From Acidimicrobiia bacterium (GTDB taxonomy: Bacteria; Actinomycetota; Acidimicrobiia; Spongiisociales; ZC4RG35): a stretch of 64,000 bases of DNA. The position numbers and the translations under genes were made by a program. The stretch is from assembly GCA_965215185.1 (NCBI GenBank), contig OZ244034.1:192001-256000 (forward strand), read 5' to 3'. The notes under the pieces were generated by a model. It searched no databases and was not told where the DNA came from. It was given only the letters and a program-made list of their open reading frames with translations. Below are positions 20,964 through 31,359 of this stretch, piece by piece. The first letter of the stretch is position 1. Each line of letters starts with the position of its first letter.

Positions 20964-22316
20964 TTATCGATCAGTCTTGACTGGCGCTGGATACAGCATA
21001 TCGGACATTTCGTCTAGGACAGTAAACACGGCTTCGGTGACGAATTCGAGGTCCTCTCTGGTGGACACATAGGGAGGGGCTACGTGCAGAATGCCCTCTG
21101 ACATCCGAGCTGCGGCACAACCGATCCTCATTAGCCGTCGAGTGAGCTCTCGAGCCACTTCGTATTTGCCCCGAATTCCTGTCGCGTAGGATTCGCCGGT
21201 CACCGGATTGACAAGTTCGATTCCGACCCAGAGGCCGAAGCGGCGCATGTCTCCTACGATCGGGAGCTTTCGGACTCCGCTCAGCATGTTGAAGAGGTCC
21301 GTTCCCAGGGATTCTGCGACCCGATCCATTCGCCCTTCCACAAATATCTCCATGGCCTTGGCGCCTGCAGCTGCGCTGGCGCCGTGACCCCCGTAGCTCT
21401 GGACCGAGGGAGAGCCCGTGTCGTTGCCAAAGGCCGAGAAGACGTGCTCACGGACGATCATCGCAGCAACAGGAGCGTATCCGCCGCTCAAAGCCTTGGC
21501 CACAACCATCACATCGGGCACTACGTTCCAGTGTTCGATTGCCCACATCCGGCCGCTGCGACAGCAACCTACCAGTGTTTCGTCGATGATCAGCAATACA
21601 CCGTACTCGTCACATATCTGTCTGACCCGTGGCCAGTAGGTCTCATCAGGAATCCGGAACTCGGTAATCGCCACCGGCTCACCGATCACCGCTGCTACCG
21701 TTTCCGGTCCTTCCAGTTCGATGGTGTCTCGGATCTGTTCAGCGAACTGAAGGTCCGAAACTCCCGTCGGCGGCATGACGTGAACTGCTCCCGGCATCAG
21801 GGGGTAGTACATGGCATCGCGGTGTCGACGACCCGACATGGCCAACCCGCCTGCACCGGCGCCGTGATACGACCCATAGCGGGATATGACCTTATAGCGA
21901 TGGTGATCGCCTCGCATGCGGTGATACTGGCGGGCCAGCTTGATGGCGGTCTCGGTGGCTTCTGAACCAGAACTGGTTAGGAACGAGTGTTGGAGATCGC
22001 CCGGCGCGGAGGCAGCAAGCCGCTCAGCCAGTTCCACCGCCCCTTGGGTGGTGAAGAAGATCGGCCCAGCCGTAGCCACCTTGCGGGCTTGGTCGGCCAT
22101 TGCTGAAGTGATGTCGTCACGACCATGCCCCAGGGGCGTCTGCCACATCGACGAGCAGAGGTCAAAGTAGCGACCACCCCGAGTATCCCAAAGCCATGGG
22201 CCTTCACCCCGTTCAAAGACCCTGAGCATGTCGTGATCCACCAGTTCGGATCGAGGACTTTCGTGGATCCATAGATAGTCGAGGGCCCGTTTTTCGAGGG
22301 ACCTCTCTGCGGTCAT
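20964..22316 (-). CDS. Class III PLP aminotransferase (omega-amino acid / taurine-pyruvate type)
   Basis: RGEGPWLWD, SGSEATETAIK, SYHG, LIIDE, PDVMVVAKALSGGY. Confidence 0.9.
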   Translation of the reverse strand: MTAERSLEKRALDYLWIHESPRSELVDHDMLRVFERGEGPWLWDTRGGRYFDLCSSMWQTPLGHGRDDITSAMADQARKVATAGPIFFTTQGAVELAERLAASAPGDLQHSFLTSSGSEATETAIKLARQYHRMRGDHHRYKVISRYGSYHGAGAGGLAMSGRRHRDAMYYPLMPGAVHVMPPTGVSDLQFAEQIRDTIELEGPETVAAVIGEPVAITEFRIPDETYWPRVRQICDEYGVLLIIDETLVGCCRSGRMWAIEHWNVVPDVMVVAKALSGGYAPVAAMIVREHVFSAFGNDTGSPSVQSYGGHGASAAAGAKAMEIFVEGRMDRVAESLGTDLFNMLSGVRKLPIVGDMRRFGLWVGIELVNPVTGESYATGIRGKYEVARELTRRLMRIGCAAARMSEGILHVAPPYVSTREDLEFVTEAVFTVLDEMSDMLYPAPVKTDR

Positions 22317-23881
22317 GCCCTTACACCGGTTTTGGGCTTCCGCTCGGCAAAGTAGTCCTCAAGCACAAAGGCCGCCCGGAAGGCCGTGTATTCGTCAAAG
22401 TGGCGGGCAACGATCTGAACCGAGGCGGGCAGGCCATCGGCGTCCAACAATCCGGGCAATGAGACTGCCGGATGGCCGGAAAGATTGAGCGGCGATGTGT
22501 TGAAGGCCACACTGGCTTTTGAGTCTGCCAGCAGATCCTCGATCGGGGTGGGGGCCTTCGGCAACTTGGGGGCTGTGAAAGGTATGGTCGGTGTGATCAG
22601 CAAGTCCCACGCATCAAGGAGTTCGCTGATGCTTCGTCGCGATTCCAGTCGTGCATTGTGCAACCGTGCGTACGGAACATTCATGTACCGCTCCATCAGA
22701 TACCGGCTGGCAATGGTCCAGCACTTGACGTAAGGATTCAGTTCACGGGATTGGGCACGCCGACTGGTGGCAAAGGCATGCAACCGATCAACATCGATGT
22801 ATCCCATGTGACCGTGGCTGCCTCCCTCGGTCCGCAGCATATTGCCCACCAGGTGGGCCACATAGGGGCCGAATATTCTGTGGGCTTCGCTCCACATGGG
22901 AGCCGATATCCGTTCAACGTGGGCACCGGCTTGCTCGAGTGCATGTATGGCTTCCTTCATCGTCTCGACCACTGCGGGCTGGCAATCGGCATCCGTGATG
23001 CTCTCCTCGATGACGGCGACCCGCAGATCTGCTACGCCGTCCTGTTCAGCACGCCGGTACTCGGGGATATCGATAGGAATGTGGATCCCCTGCGGGTCAC
23101 GCCAGTCCTCTCCAGCAATCACCTCCAACAAGATGGCGACTTCCTTTATCGACCGGGCAAGTGGTGTGACAAAGTCGATGGTGCGGTCTATCGGCGTCAC
23201 CCCGAAAGTGGGGATAAGGCCGTGAGTGGCCTTGACGGTCGCAATCCCGCAGCAGGCGGCGGGTATACGCCCGCTGCCGCCCTGATCCACTCCCAGAGCT
23301 GCGTTGACCATGCGTGATCCAACAGCCGCTCCTGCGCCTCCCGACGATCCTCCGGCGGTTCGCGATGGGTCGATCGGGTTCCTCGCCGGACCGAAGGCGC
23401 TCATAACCCCGGTTGCTCCTCCACCGTGGTCGTCCATGTTGAGCGTTCCTACGATCGAGCCTCCGGCTTTGAGGATCCTTTCGACGACTACCGAGTCCAG
23501 CGTCGGTGTGAACGGGGTAAGAGCAGATCCGTTGGTCATCGGCACACCGGCCACCGCGATGTTGTCCTTCACCCCCAAGCGCCAACCCGCAAGAGGACCA
23601 TGTTCGGCGCCTGCCACATCGCAGACCCGGATGAATGCGTTCAGGGGGTCCTCACTCGCAGACGGCCGACGACCCGGATCGCGCGAAGTCGCATAAGTGG
23701 AGAGGGCGGGCTGGTCGAACCTATCGGCGTCTGCTGCCGCCAGCACCAAGGCGGTAATGATGCCGGACAGGTCTTCGGCTTCCGACTGGGCGAGCTCGAT
23801 TCCATCAAGAGCTGCTGTTTCTGCGATGTCGATGAGCGACGGAGGCCGCACAGTCTGGCGATTGCGTTCCTGTCGAGTCAT
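22313..23881 (-). CDS. Amidase (amidase-signature family)
   Basis: VKDNIAVAG, GGSSGG and DQGGSGRIPAACCG carry the Lys-Ser-Ser triad. Confidence 0.93.
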   Translation of the reverse strand: MTRQERNRQTVRPPSLIDIAETAALDGIELAQSEAEDLSGIITALVLAAADADRFDQPALSTYATSRDPGRRPSASEDPLNAFIRVCDVAGAEHGPLAGWRLGVKDNIAVAGVPMTNGSALTPFTPTLDSVVVERILKAGGSIVGTLNMDDHGGGATGVMSAFGPARNPIDPSRTAGGSSGGAGAAVGSRMVNAALGVDQGGSGRIPAACCGIATVKATHGLIPTFGVTPIDRTIDFVTPLARSIKEVAILLEVIAGEDWRDPQGIHIPIDIPEYRRAEQDGVADLRVAVIEESITDADCQPAVVETMKEAIHALEQAGAHVERISAPMWSEAHRIFGPYVAHLVGNMLRTEGGSHGHMGYIDVDRLHAFATSRRAQSRELNPYVKCWTIASRYLMERYMNVPYARLHNARLESRRSISELLDAWDLLITPTIPFTAPKLPKAPTPIEDLLADSKASVAFNTSPLNLSGHPAVSLPGLLDADGLPASVQIVARHFDEYTAFRAAFVLEDYFAERKPKTGVRA

Positions 23882-23925
23882 GGTTTCTCCCTAGCGTCTT
23901 TGATCACTGATATCTGTCGACCGCC

Positions 23926-24717
23926 TTACTCGCGGGTTCCCACTATTAGATGGACAATGTCGGCGGTGGTCGTCTCTTCTTTTCGACGTGAACCCACTAT
24001 CCGACCGCCCCTCATGACCACGATTCGATCAGCCACCCGAAACACGTGGTCGAGGTTGTGGCTGACCACGATGATTGACACTCTCTGTCCCTTCAGACCT
24101 TCAATGATGTCCAGTACCTTCTGGCCCTCCTGCACTCCCAGGGCCGCCGTCGGCTCGTCCAGAATCATCAGCCTTCGACCAGATCTGAACGAACGGGCAA
24201 TCGCCACCGCCTGACGTTGCCCACCCGACAATGAGGCTGTTCTAGCTCTGACATCGGGCACATTTATGGCCAGGGAACCGAGGAGTTCTGCCGACTCCCG
24301 TTCCATCCGTCGTCTGTCTACCCTGAGCCACCTGGTCGGCACCCGACCCAGAAACACGTTTTCGGCTACGGTCATATTGTCGGCAAGCGCCAGGTTCTGA
24401 TAGACCGCCGTCACTCCCAACTGCAAGGAATCTCGGGTAGTACGGAAAGCAACCTCCCTCCCGTTCAGCTCCAGAGAACCCGTATCCGGTTGTATAGCAC
24501 CTGTCAGAATCTTGACCAGGGTCGACTTGCCGGCGCCGTTGTCACCAACTATCGCTACTGTTTCCCCCGCCTCGACTTGAAAAGTAGCGTCGATGAGGGC
24601 GCGGACTTGACCGTACGACTTCCAGACGCCCTTGGCAACCATCACCGGCTGGGTGGACTGGCCTCCATCACCTTTACCGTTGGGTCCATTCATGCTCTGT
24701 GAAAGGGAAGCCATCAT
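23926..24717 (-). CDS. Sugar-type ABC transporter ATP-binding protein
   Basis: GDNGAGKS, LSGGQRQ, ILDEPTAALG, VSHN. Confidence 0.93.
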   Translation of the reverse strand: MMASLSQSMNGPNGKGDGGQSTQPVMVAKGVWKSYGQVRALIDATFQVEAGETVAIVGDNGAGKSTLVKILTGAIQPDTGSLELNGREVAFRTTRDSLQLGVTAVYQNLALADNMTVAENVFLGRVPTRWLRVDRRRMERESAELLGSLAINVPDVRARTASLSGGQRQAVAIARSFRSGRRLMILDEPTAALGVQEGQKVLDIIEGLKGQRVSIIVVSHNLDHVFRVADRIVVMRGGRIVGSRRKEETTTADIVHLIVGTRE

Positions 24718-25742
24718 CGCCTTCCCAACCTCGGTAGCAGTTCTCTAAGGTCCATTTCGCCCTTGATTATCTTGTCCACCAAAACCGCGGCCAAGATCAG
24801 AGCACCGACTGCGACCTGCTGCCAGAAAGGATCCACTCCCAAGAGAATCAAGCCGTTTTTGATGGTGCTGATAAGGATGATCCCCAACAGGGTGCCAAAC
24901 GTATTGCCAGCGCCACCATTAAGCGATGTACCTCCGATTATCACCGCCGCCACCGCATCGAGTAGTGACTCCGACCCAAAGGACCCATGGCCGGCGTTCA
25001 GTCGGGCACTCAGTACGAGCCCTGCAAGTGTACAAAGCATCGAACTAGCAATAAAGGCCAGCATCAAGACTCTTCTGACACTTATACCCACTAAGCTGGC
25101 CGCCTCTCGGTTACCACCAGTCGCGTACAGTTCTACGCCGTATCGTGTTTGGCTTAGCACCAGTTGCACGAGCACCGTCACAGAAAAGAAAATGATTACA
25201 GGTAGTGGAATCACACCTATACGACCGTGACCCAGGACTTTGTATGCTTCTGGGAATCCACCAATTGTTTGTCCGCTGGTCATTACAAAGGCAAGGCCTT
25301 GTAGTACCCCTAGCATTGCCAGTGTCACGATAAATGACGGGATCTTTGTGAACAGAGAAAAGTATCCGTTTAAGTTACCGACGATTAGACCCATGGCTAG
25401 AACTATCAGGACGCCAGCCCAGATTGATAGCCCTCGTTGGATGATAAGTAGTGCAGCGAGCGTTCCAGCCAAGGCCTGAGTGGAACCGATCGCCAAGTCA
25501 ATCTCTCCCCCGATCAACAAGATAGTGAACCCAACAGCCATTATCCCCACCACAGAACTCTGCAATGCGATGTTGGTCAGATTTTGTACTGTCATGAAGT
25601 ATGGGCTGGCAAAGCTCAGGACAGTCCAAAGGAGCAGAACGGCAGCTAACAGCGCTACGAGTTGCCGGTATTTACTTAAACCATATCGCAACGCTGGGAA
25701 CCGTCTAGTATTCACTTGTGAAGCCTGAGTTGCGTCAACCAC
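24714..25742 (-). CDS. Sugar-type (RbsC-like) ABC permease
   Basis: GEIDLAIGS, IPSFIVTLA, GGNREAA, AAVIIGGTSL.GG.G. Confidence 0.93.
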   Translation of the reverse strand: MVDATQASQVNTRRFPALRYGLSKYRQLVALLAAVLLLWTVLSFASPYFMTVQNLTNIALQSSVVGIMAVGFTILLIGGEIDLAIGSTQALAGTLAALLIIQRGLSIWAGVLIVLAMGLIVGNLNGYFSLFTKIPSFIVTLAMLGVLQGLAFVMTSGQTIGGFPEAYKVLGHGRIGVIPLPVIIFFSVTVLVQLVLSQTRYGVELYATGGNREAASLVGISVRRVLMLAFIASSMLCTLAGLVLSARLNAGHGSFGSESLLDAVAAVIIGGTSLNGGAGNTFGTLLGIILISTIKNGLILLGVDPFWQQVAVGALILAAVLVDKIIKGEMDLRELLPRLGRR

Positions 25743-25810
25743 AGAAACTCATTGACCTTTCAATCCGGACCTTTTTTTACCTACGCAACTCTAACAGTGC
25801 AAGGTAAAGC

Positions 25811-25861
25811 CAATGGCTCCCTCCCACCGCATCCTCTTGGATTGGTAGGAGAGAGCCATTG
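25811..25861 (-). terminator. Intercistronic stem-loop downstream of the binding-protein gene
   Basis: CAATGGCTC(C)CTCC...GGAGAGAGCCATTG inverted repeat between the SBP and permease genes. Confidence 0.6.
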
Positions 25862-25890
25862 CCACATGATGGGTTAGGAGTTGTCCGTGC

Positions 25891-26952
25891 TTAGCACCCA
25901 GCCGCCGCGGCTTCCAGTGCTGTTTTGAGGTCAACACCGCTTACTACGGCTGGTTCTGAACCGTCTAGTACACCTTCCGCGAACGCCTGGTCGACGACAA
26001 CCATTCCAATCGCGATGAACTCGTCCCCGGGGTCCTCTCCTCTGGCGATCTTCACGGCCGCCTCAACAGCCAGGTAGCCAGCCGGATAGAGCGGTTGGAT
26101 CACCGTGAGCGCCTGCCTGCCCTCGAGAATATTCATAAGGCCTTCGCAGGTACCACCGAGGCCGGTCAACACCGTGTCCTTGTATCCCAACTCTTCCATC
26201 GCGGTAAGGGTCGCTCCGGCAAGGAGGTCATGCAAGCCGACGATGATGTCCACATCCGGATTGGCGGTCAGCAGAGACCTGGCTGCGTCGAGACCCGCGG
26301 CGCGGTCCCAGTTGGTGGGTGGGGAAACAACCCTCTCGACATCGGCCAGTCCACCGGCTTCCAGGCCATCTTCGATTCCCGCATATATAGCGGCAATCGA
26401 TTCATCAGCCTGGTTGGAGTCAATGAAAGCGAGTTTCGCCGGTGCGGGCTCGTAAGCGGCGAGCCAATCACCGAGTGGTCGGCCCATGTCAGCACGATAG
26501 TCGTAACCTATCTCGATAGCACTGACTCCCTCAGTAGCACAGGCAACCGAACATACCACCGGAATTCCTTGTTCATTCAAGGCGAGAATCGCAGGCGACA
26601 GGGCTTGGGCGTCAATCGTGTCATAGACGATCACGTCAACACCTGCAGCCGCATAATTCTCGATTGCCGCTACCAGATCTTGGGCGCTACCGCTACCCGT
26701 CACCAAAAGTTCGACACCTGCATCGGCGGCAGCGTCTTCTGCGCCGGTCTTCAAAGCAAGGATCAATTCATTCTGCGTGAAGTCCGGAATCACCAATCCG
26801 ATACGGATCGGCGCCTCGGGCGCGGCGGTCGTTGTGGGCGCCGCGGTTGTGGGCGCCGCGGTTGTGGGCGCGGGCTCATCCTCACCGCAGGCTGCCGCCA
26901 GCATGGCGAAAGCGATGGTGACAGCAATGAAATAGCGCAGTTTCTTAGGCAT
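25891..26952 (-). CDS. Sugar-type ABC substrate-binding lipoprotein (RbsB-like)
   Basis: Lipobox LAAAC, PTTAA linker repeats, periplasmic binding protein type 1 pattern (NWDRAAG...ANPDV). Confidence 0.9.
   Translation of the reverse strand: MPKKLRYFIAVTIAFAMLAAACGEDEPAPTTAAPTTAAPTTTAAPEAPIRIGLVIPDFTQNELILALKTGAEDAAADAGVELLVTGSGSAQDLVAAIENYAAAGVDVIVYDTIDAQALSPAILALNEQGIPVVCSVACATEGVSAIEIGYDYRADMGRPLGDWLAAYEPAPAKLAFIDSNQADESIAAIYAGIEDGLEAGGLADVERVVSPPTNWDRAAGLDAARSLLTANPDVDIIVGLHDLLAGATLTAMEELGYKDTVLTGLGGTCEGLMNILEGRQALTVIQPLYPAGYLAVEAAVKIARGEDPGDEFIAIGMVVVDQAFAEGVLDGSEPAVVSGVDLKTALEAAAAGC
26818..26871 (-). repeat. Tandem 15-bp repeat encoding the PTTAA linker
   Basis: GTTGTGGGCGC(CGCG) occurs three times. 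Confidence 0.85.
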
Positions 26953-27067
26953 CTATTTAATTCCTTTCGTTCAGGAGTGACATGGTTGAGCATGTCGCCC
27001 CCAAGGTTTTTGCAGAGCAGCAGAGATGGTTAGCAAAAGCCGACCTTTCCGCTTGCTTCACAATATG

Positions 27068-27082
27068 TATTTGGTAACATAT
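27068..27082 (-). promoter_or_regulatory. Candidate operator ATATGTTACCAAATA in the divergent promoter
   Basis: 13/15 match to the motif at 36617-36631 upstream of the hydantoinase operon. Confidence 0.5.
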
Positions 27083-27243
27083 AACCTGCATGGTAGTGAA
27101 CCACCTCTGGCCCGGTCAGGGGGTGACGCAATATTTTTTCCCCTCCCCGACCTCGGACTTGTGCCCTTTACTCCGAAGGCAGAGCGGATATCCGCTGCAA
27201 GACGGGTTAGTTGAGAGCTTGACTCAAACGGATTAGCCGGAAC

Positions 27244-28809
27244 ATGTTTGACCTCCTTATTCGTGGCGGCGCCGTTCTCGACGGTACCGGCGGTGAGCCC
27301 ATACAGGCCGATATCGGCATTGTGGGCGACCGTGTCGTTGCGATAGGGGACCTGGCCGACAGCCAGGGTGAGGAACTGGACGCAACCGGATTGTTTGTCG
27401 CCCCGGGATTCATCGATATCCACAGCCACTCTGACTACACCCTTTTGGCGGATCCCCGGGCAGTCAGCGCCATCTACCAAGGAGTCACCACGGAGGTTGT
27501 GGGTAACTGCGGCCACGGGTGCTTTCCGATCAGGGATCCGGATCTGGCACTGAAGGCCATATATGGATACTCGGAGTCGGTTGCTCTTGATTGGGACTCG
27601 GCCTCGGGGTACTTTTCCCGACTCGAGCGGGCAGAGCCGGCTTTAAACGTTCTGAGCATGGTCCCCCATGGTCAGCTTCGTTTGGCCGTCGTAGGCCTGA
27701 CCGACCGGCCATCGACAGAAGGGGAACTGGAGGAGATGTCCCGACTTCTGCGGACGGCACTTGATGAGGGTGCATGGGGGCTGTCGACGGGCCTGGAATA
27801 TGCCACCGAAGCGGGCGCTTCCGAGTCGGAGGTCACGACACTTTGCAAGCCGCTGGCCGAACGGGACCACCTCTACGTCTGCCATGCCAGATACCGGGAC
27901 GCAGGGGCGCCCGAAGGGGTTGCCGAGGCCATCAGGACTGCCAGAGCCGCCGGCGTAAGACTTCAGGTCTCGCATCTGGTTCCCCGCAGTGGCGATGCGG
28001 ACATGGAACAGTGCCTGGAGCTGGTCGATGAGGCCCACCGAAGCGACCTGGACATCGCCTTCGATCTGCATACCCGCCTGTTCGGGTTCACCTACCTCTA
28101 TTCGGTGCTCCCGCCATGGGCCTTGGCGAACGGCCTAGACGAACTCACCTGCGTGCTGACGAGCCAGGACGCACGCCGGCGAATGAAGAGTTTCCGCAGC
28201 ATTCTCAGTGCGGGCGGCGACTGGGACCGCATAGTGCTGCTGGACCACGACGCCTACCCCGACTACGGCCGGCGGTCAATCAGATCGATTGCTGCCGAGC
28301 GGGGACAAGAGGCCCTGGATTGTATCTACGACCTGCTGCTCGGGGCGATCGAAACGATGGAGTCGCTCATGGTCCTGATTGACTGTCACAGCGCGGATCA
28401 ACACCGCACGGCTTTCACGCATCCGCTGTCGATGCCGGCCTCTGACGCCACCACCATGGCTCCGGACGGTCCTTTGGCCGGCAAGACGTTCCACGGCGCC
28501 TACACCTGGGCTTCCTACTTCTACAACTTCTCCGTCAACCAGGAGGGACTCTTAACACCGGGCGAAGCAGCATACCGGTTGTCCGGTCTTCCGGCGCAGC
28601 GCCTCGGGCTGCGTGACCGGGGCGTACTGAGGACGGGCGCCTTCGCTGACATCGCGGTGTTCGATCCAGCAGGTTTTCGCGAAAAGGCGACCCGGTACGA
28701 GCCGAATGTCCTGGCGGAGGGAATGGTGCATGTACTGGTCAACGGCAAGCCCGTGTTGCGGGCCGGTACGCTCTCGGGGGAGAGGTCCGGTCGGGTGCTG
28801 CGAAGATGA
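27244..28809 (+). CDS. N-acyl-D-amino-acid deacylase (D-aminoacylase)
   Basis: APGFIDIHSHSD, QGVTTEVVGNCG, GLSTGLEY, ASD, DRGVL..GAFADIAVFD. Confidence 0.92.
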   Translation: MFDLLIRGGAVLDGTGGEPIQADIGIVGDRVVAIGDLADSQGEELDATGLFVAPGFIDIHSHSDYTLLADPRAVSAIYQGVTTEVVGNCGHGCFPIRDPDLALKAIYGYSESVALDWDSASGYFSRLERAEPALNVLSMVPHGQLRLAVVGLTDRPSTEGELEEMSRLLRTALDEGAWGLSTGLEYATEAGASESEVTTLCKPLAERDHLYVCHARYRDAGAPEGVAEAIRTARAAGVRLQVSHLVPRSGDADMEQCLELVDEAHRSDLDIAFDLHTRLFGFTYLYSVLPPWALANGLDELTCVLTSQDARRRMKSFRSILSAGGDWDRIVLLDHDAYPDYGRRSIRSIAAERGQEALDCIYDLLLGAIETMESLMVLIDCHSADQHRTAFTHPLSMPASDATTMAPDGPLAGKTFHGAYTWASYFYNFSVNQEGLLTPGEAAYRLSGLPAQRLGLRDRGVLRTGAFADIAVFDPAGFREKATRYEPNVLAEGMVHVLVNGKPVLRAGTLSGERSGRVLRR

Positions 28810-28894
28810 CGCCCAGGCGGGTTGAGCAGCCAGGACCCCCCGCGCCGGCAGAACGCGGTGAGGAAAACGCCATACCTGCCGAGGAACACGTGAC

Positions 28895-30049
28895 ATGATT
28901 CGTGACCGCATTGCCGATCGGGGTGCCACCTGGCCACCTGCGGATCTCGCTTCCGAAATTGCCCGGCCCGGAACGATCCACCTTGAGGGACGCACCTACA
29001 TCGCGCTTGCCTTGAACGACTATCTAGGGCTGGCTTGCGATCCCAGGGTCATAGCTGCCGCACAGGTTGCCCTGGCGACCTTCGGCGCCGGAGCACGGGC
29101 ATCCCGCCACATCGGAGGGGACACGGCGGTGCACCGAGAACTCGAGGAGGAACTGGCAGACCTGAAGTCAGCCGAGTCATCGCTGCTGTACGGGTCCGGA
29201 TACGCCGCCAACCTGGGAGTTGTGTCTGCTCTGCCTGGACGGGGAGACACTGTGCTCAGCGATGAACTCAATCACGCCAGCATTGTGGACGGAGCACGCT
29301 TGAGCGGCGCCAAGATAGGGGTCTACCGGCACGGTGACACGGACGACCTGAGCCGCCAACTCGACCAGGCTTGCGGAGCAAGTTTGATCGTCACCGACAG
29401 CGTCTTTTCGATGAACGGCGACCTCGCTCCGGTGGATGAGATAGCCGACCTGGCTGATGCACATGACTCCGTACTGGTTTTGGACGACGCACATGCCACG
29501 GGCGTTTTGGGATCGGGTGGGAAAGGTTCGAGCGGCCACTACCGACGGGCAGACAGAGCCGACGTGATCATAGGAACACTGGGGAAGGCTTTGGGAAGTA
29601 TGGGGGCCTTCGCGACCGGGTCGGCAGAGGTGATCGGCTACCTCAGCGAGGTGTCCCGCACCTTCTTATTCACAACCGCTCCCTCTCCGGTAGCCGCGGC
29701 CGCCGCCTTGGAGGCGATAAGAATCATGCGGTCCGAGCCGCAGCGTTTGGACCGGTTGTGGGAGAATGCCGCCACGATCAACTCTTCATTATCACAACTG
29801 GGGTTTTCGGTGCCCGAAACGGTTGCTCCGATAACGCCCGTGATGATTCCCGATCCTGCCAAGGCCAAGATGGCCGAGAGGGTACTCACTGACCATGGCA
29901 TCTTCGTACGAGCCATCCTGCCGCCCTACGTTTCTCCAGAGACTTGTCGAATTCGTATCATCGCTTCGGCCGTACACAACGACCAACAGATGGAACGAAT
30001 ACTGACGGCCTTTGCGGACGTAGCAGGCCTGTTGAGTCTATCCAGCTAG
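28895..30049 (+). CDS. 8-amino-7-oxononanoate synthase / alpha-oxoamine synthase family PLP enzyme
   Basis: NDYLGLA, SGYAANLG, SDELNHASIVDG, DSVFSM.GD, DDAHATG, GTLGKA. Confidence 0.88.
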   Translation: MIRDRIADRGATWPPADLASEIARPGTIHLEGRTYIALALNDYLGLACDPRVIAAAQVALATFGAGARASRHIGGDTAVHRELEEELADLKSAESSLLYGSGYAANLGVVSALPGRGDTVLSDELNHASIVDGARLSGAKIGVYRHGDTDDLSRQLDQACGASLIVTDSVFSMNGDLAPVDEIADLADAHDSVLVLDDAHATGVLGSGGKGSSGHYRRADRADVIIGTLGKALGSMGAFATGSAEVIGYLSEVSRTFLFTTAPSPVAAAAALEAIRIMRSEPQRLDRLWENAATINSSLSQLGFSVPETVAPITPVMIPDPAKAKMAERVLTDHGIFVRAILPPYVSPETCRIRIIASAVHNDQQMERILTAFADVAGLLSLSS

Positions 30050-30058
30050 AGGGAAACG

Positions 30059-31171
30059 ATGAGCGAAACCACAAACCAAGCACCACCCGGGCAGGTCCAG
30101 ACCGTGCTGGGGATGGTGGATCCCAATCAACTGGGCCCAACCATGATGCATGAACACATCCTGATCGACGTCACGAGTATCTTCGAGCCTCCCCAGACAG
30201 CCAGCGCGAAGGCCCGAGCCTACGACTCGATACGGCTCGACAATCTCAGCTGGATCCGGCGGAACTACTTCCAGCATCATGGCAACCTCCTACTGGGAGA
30301 CATTCCGTCAGCTATTGATGAGATGCGCCTGTACAGAGAATGGGGGGGTGGTGCGGTCGTCGAGGTAACGACTCCGGGTGTTGGCCGGGACCCGGTTGGC
30401 TTGGCGCGGGTCTCACGGTCAAGCGGCGTACACATAATCATGTCCACCGGGTTCTACGTTGCCCATACGCATCCGTCCCACATACACAACAAGACCGAAG
30501 AGCAGTTGGCGGACATCATGAGGGCGGAGGTTTTGAACGGTGTCCAGTTCACTACTGAGGGTCATGATGACTGGCTGGAGAGGCGGGAGGAAACTTCAAT
30601 CAAGGCGGGAGTAATCAAGGTTGGATGTACCTGGCCGTTGGAAGAGCGTGAGAAACGTGTCCTGGCTGCCGCAGTTCAGGTACAAAAGGAGTGCGGTGTA
30701 GCGATCACCACCCATACGGGCCGAGATCAGGAATCCCCATTGGAGGTTGCCGAGTTCCTGGTCGACGCCGGCGCCGACATGAGTCGGGTGGTGATGGGAC
30801 ACGTTGGTCTGCGTGTACAGGACATGCGCATACTCTGGGAGTTGGCAGAGCTGGGATGCTATCTCCAATTCGATCTCTTCGGTACCGAGTCCTCGTTTTA
30901 TGGAGCGACACCCTTTGACATGCCCAGCGACGCGCAACGGCTGGACCGGATCGTGAAACTGCTAGAACGTGATATGGCTTCTCGTCTCCTCATTTCCCAA
31001 GACATCTGCACCAAACATCGGACCACCAAATACGGCGGGCACGGCTACTACCACATCCTCGAGAACGTGGTCCCATTCATGCGCAAGAAGGGGATATCAA
31101 ACGAAGTCATCAGACAGATCATCGTCGACAACCCCGCACGGCTACTAGCCCTACGCAAGCCCGACAAATAG
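30059..31171 (+). CDS. Phosphotriesterase-related (PTER-like) amidohydrolase
   Basis: VQTVLG, MHEH, GRDP..L, GCTWPL, GCYLQFDLFGTE, DMPSD, SQDI.TK.R..KYGGHGY.HIL.NVVP. Confidence 0.9.
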   Translation: MSETTNQAPPGQVQTVLGMVDPNQLGPTMMHEHILIDVTSIFEPPQTASAKARAYDSIRLDNLSWIRRNYFQHHGNLLLGDIPSAIDEMRLYREWGGGAVVEVTTPGVGRDPVGLARVSRSSGVHIIMSTGFYVAHTHPSHIHNKTEEQLADIMRAEVLNGVQFTTEGHDDWLERREETSIKAGVIKVGCTWPLEEREKRVLAAAVQVQKECGVAITTHTGRDQESPLEVAEFLVDAGADMSRVVMGHVGLRVQDMRILWELAELGCYLQFDLFGTESSFYGATPFDMPSDAQRLDRIVKLLERDMASRLLISQDICTKHRTTKYGGHGYYHILENVVPFMRKKGISNEVIRQIIVDNPARLLALRKPDK

Positions 31172-31359
31172 CCGGTTCTTTTGAAATGGGTGGGGACTGG
31201 GGGAGTAAAGCCCGTCGAATGCCAGTCACGGGCAGGTAGGTGTCATGCGGGTCGCCGGGAGCCATCGGTGCTGCAGAACAGCTGTAGGGGTCTATTCTGC
31301 CGTAGGGCGAGTGTCACTACCTAGTGGCATCATGGGGTCCACCGAAGGAAGGATTCAAA

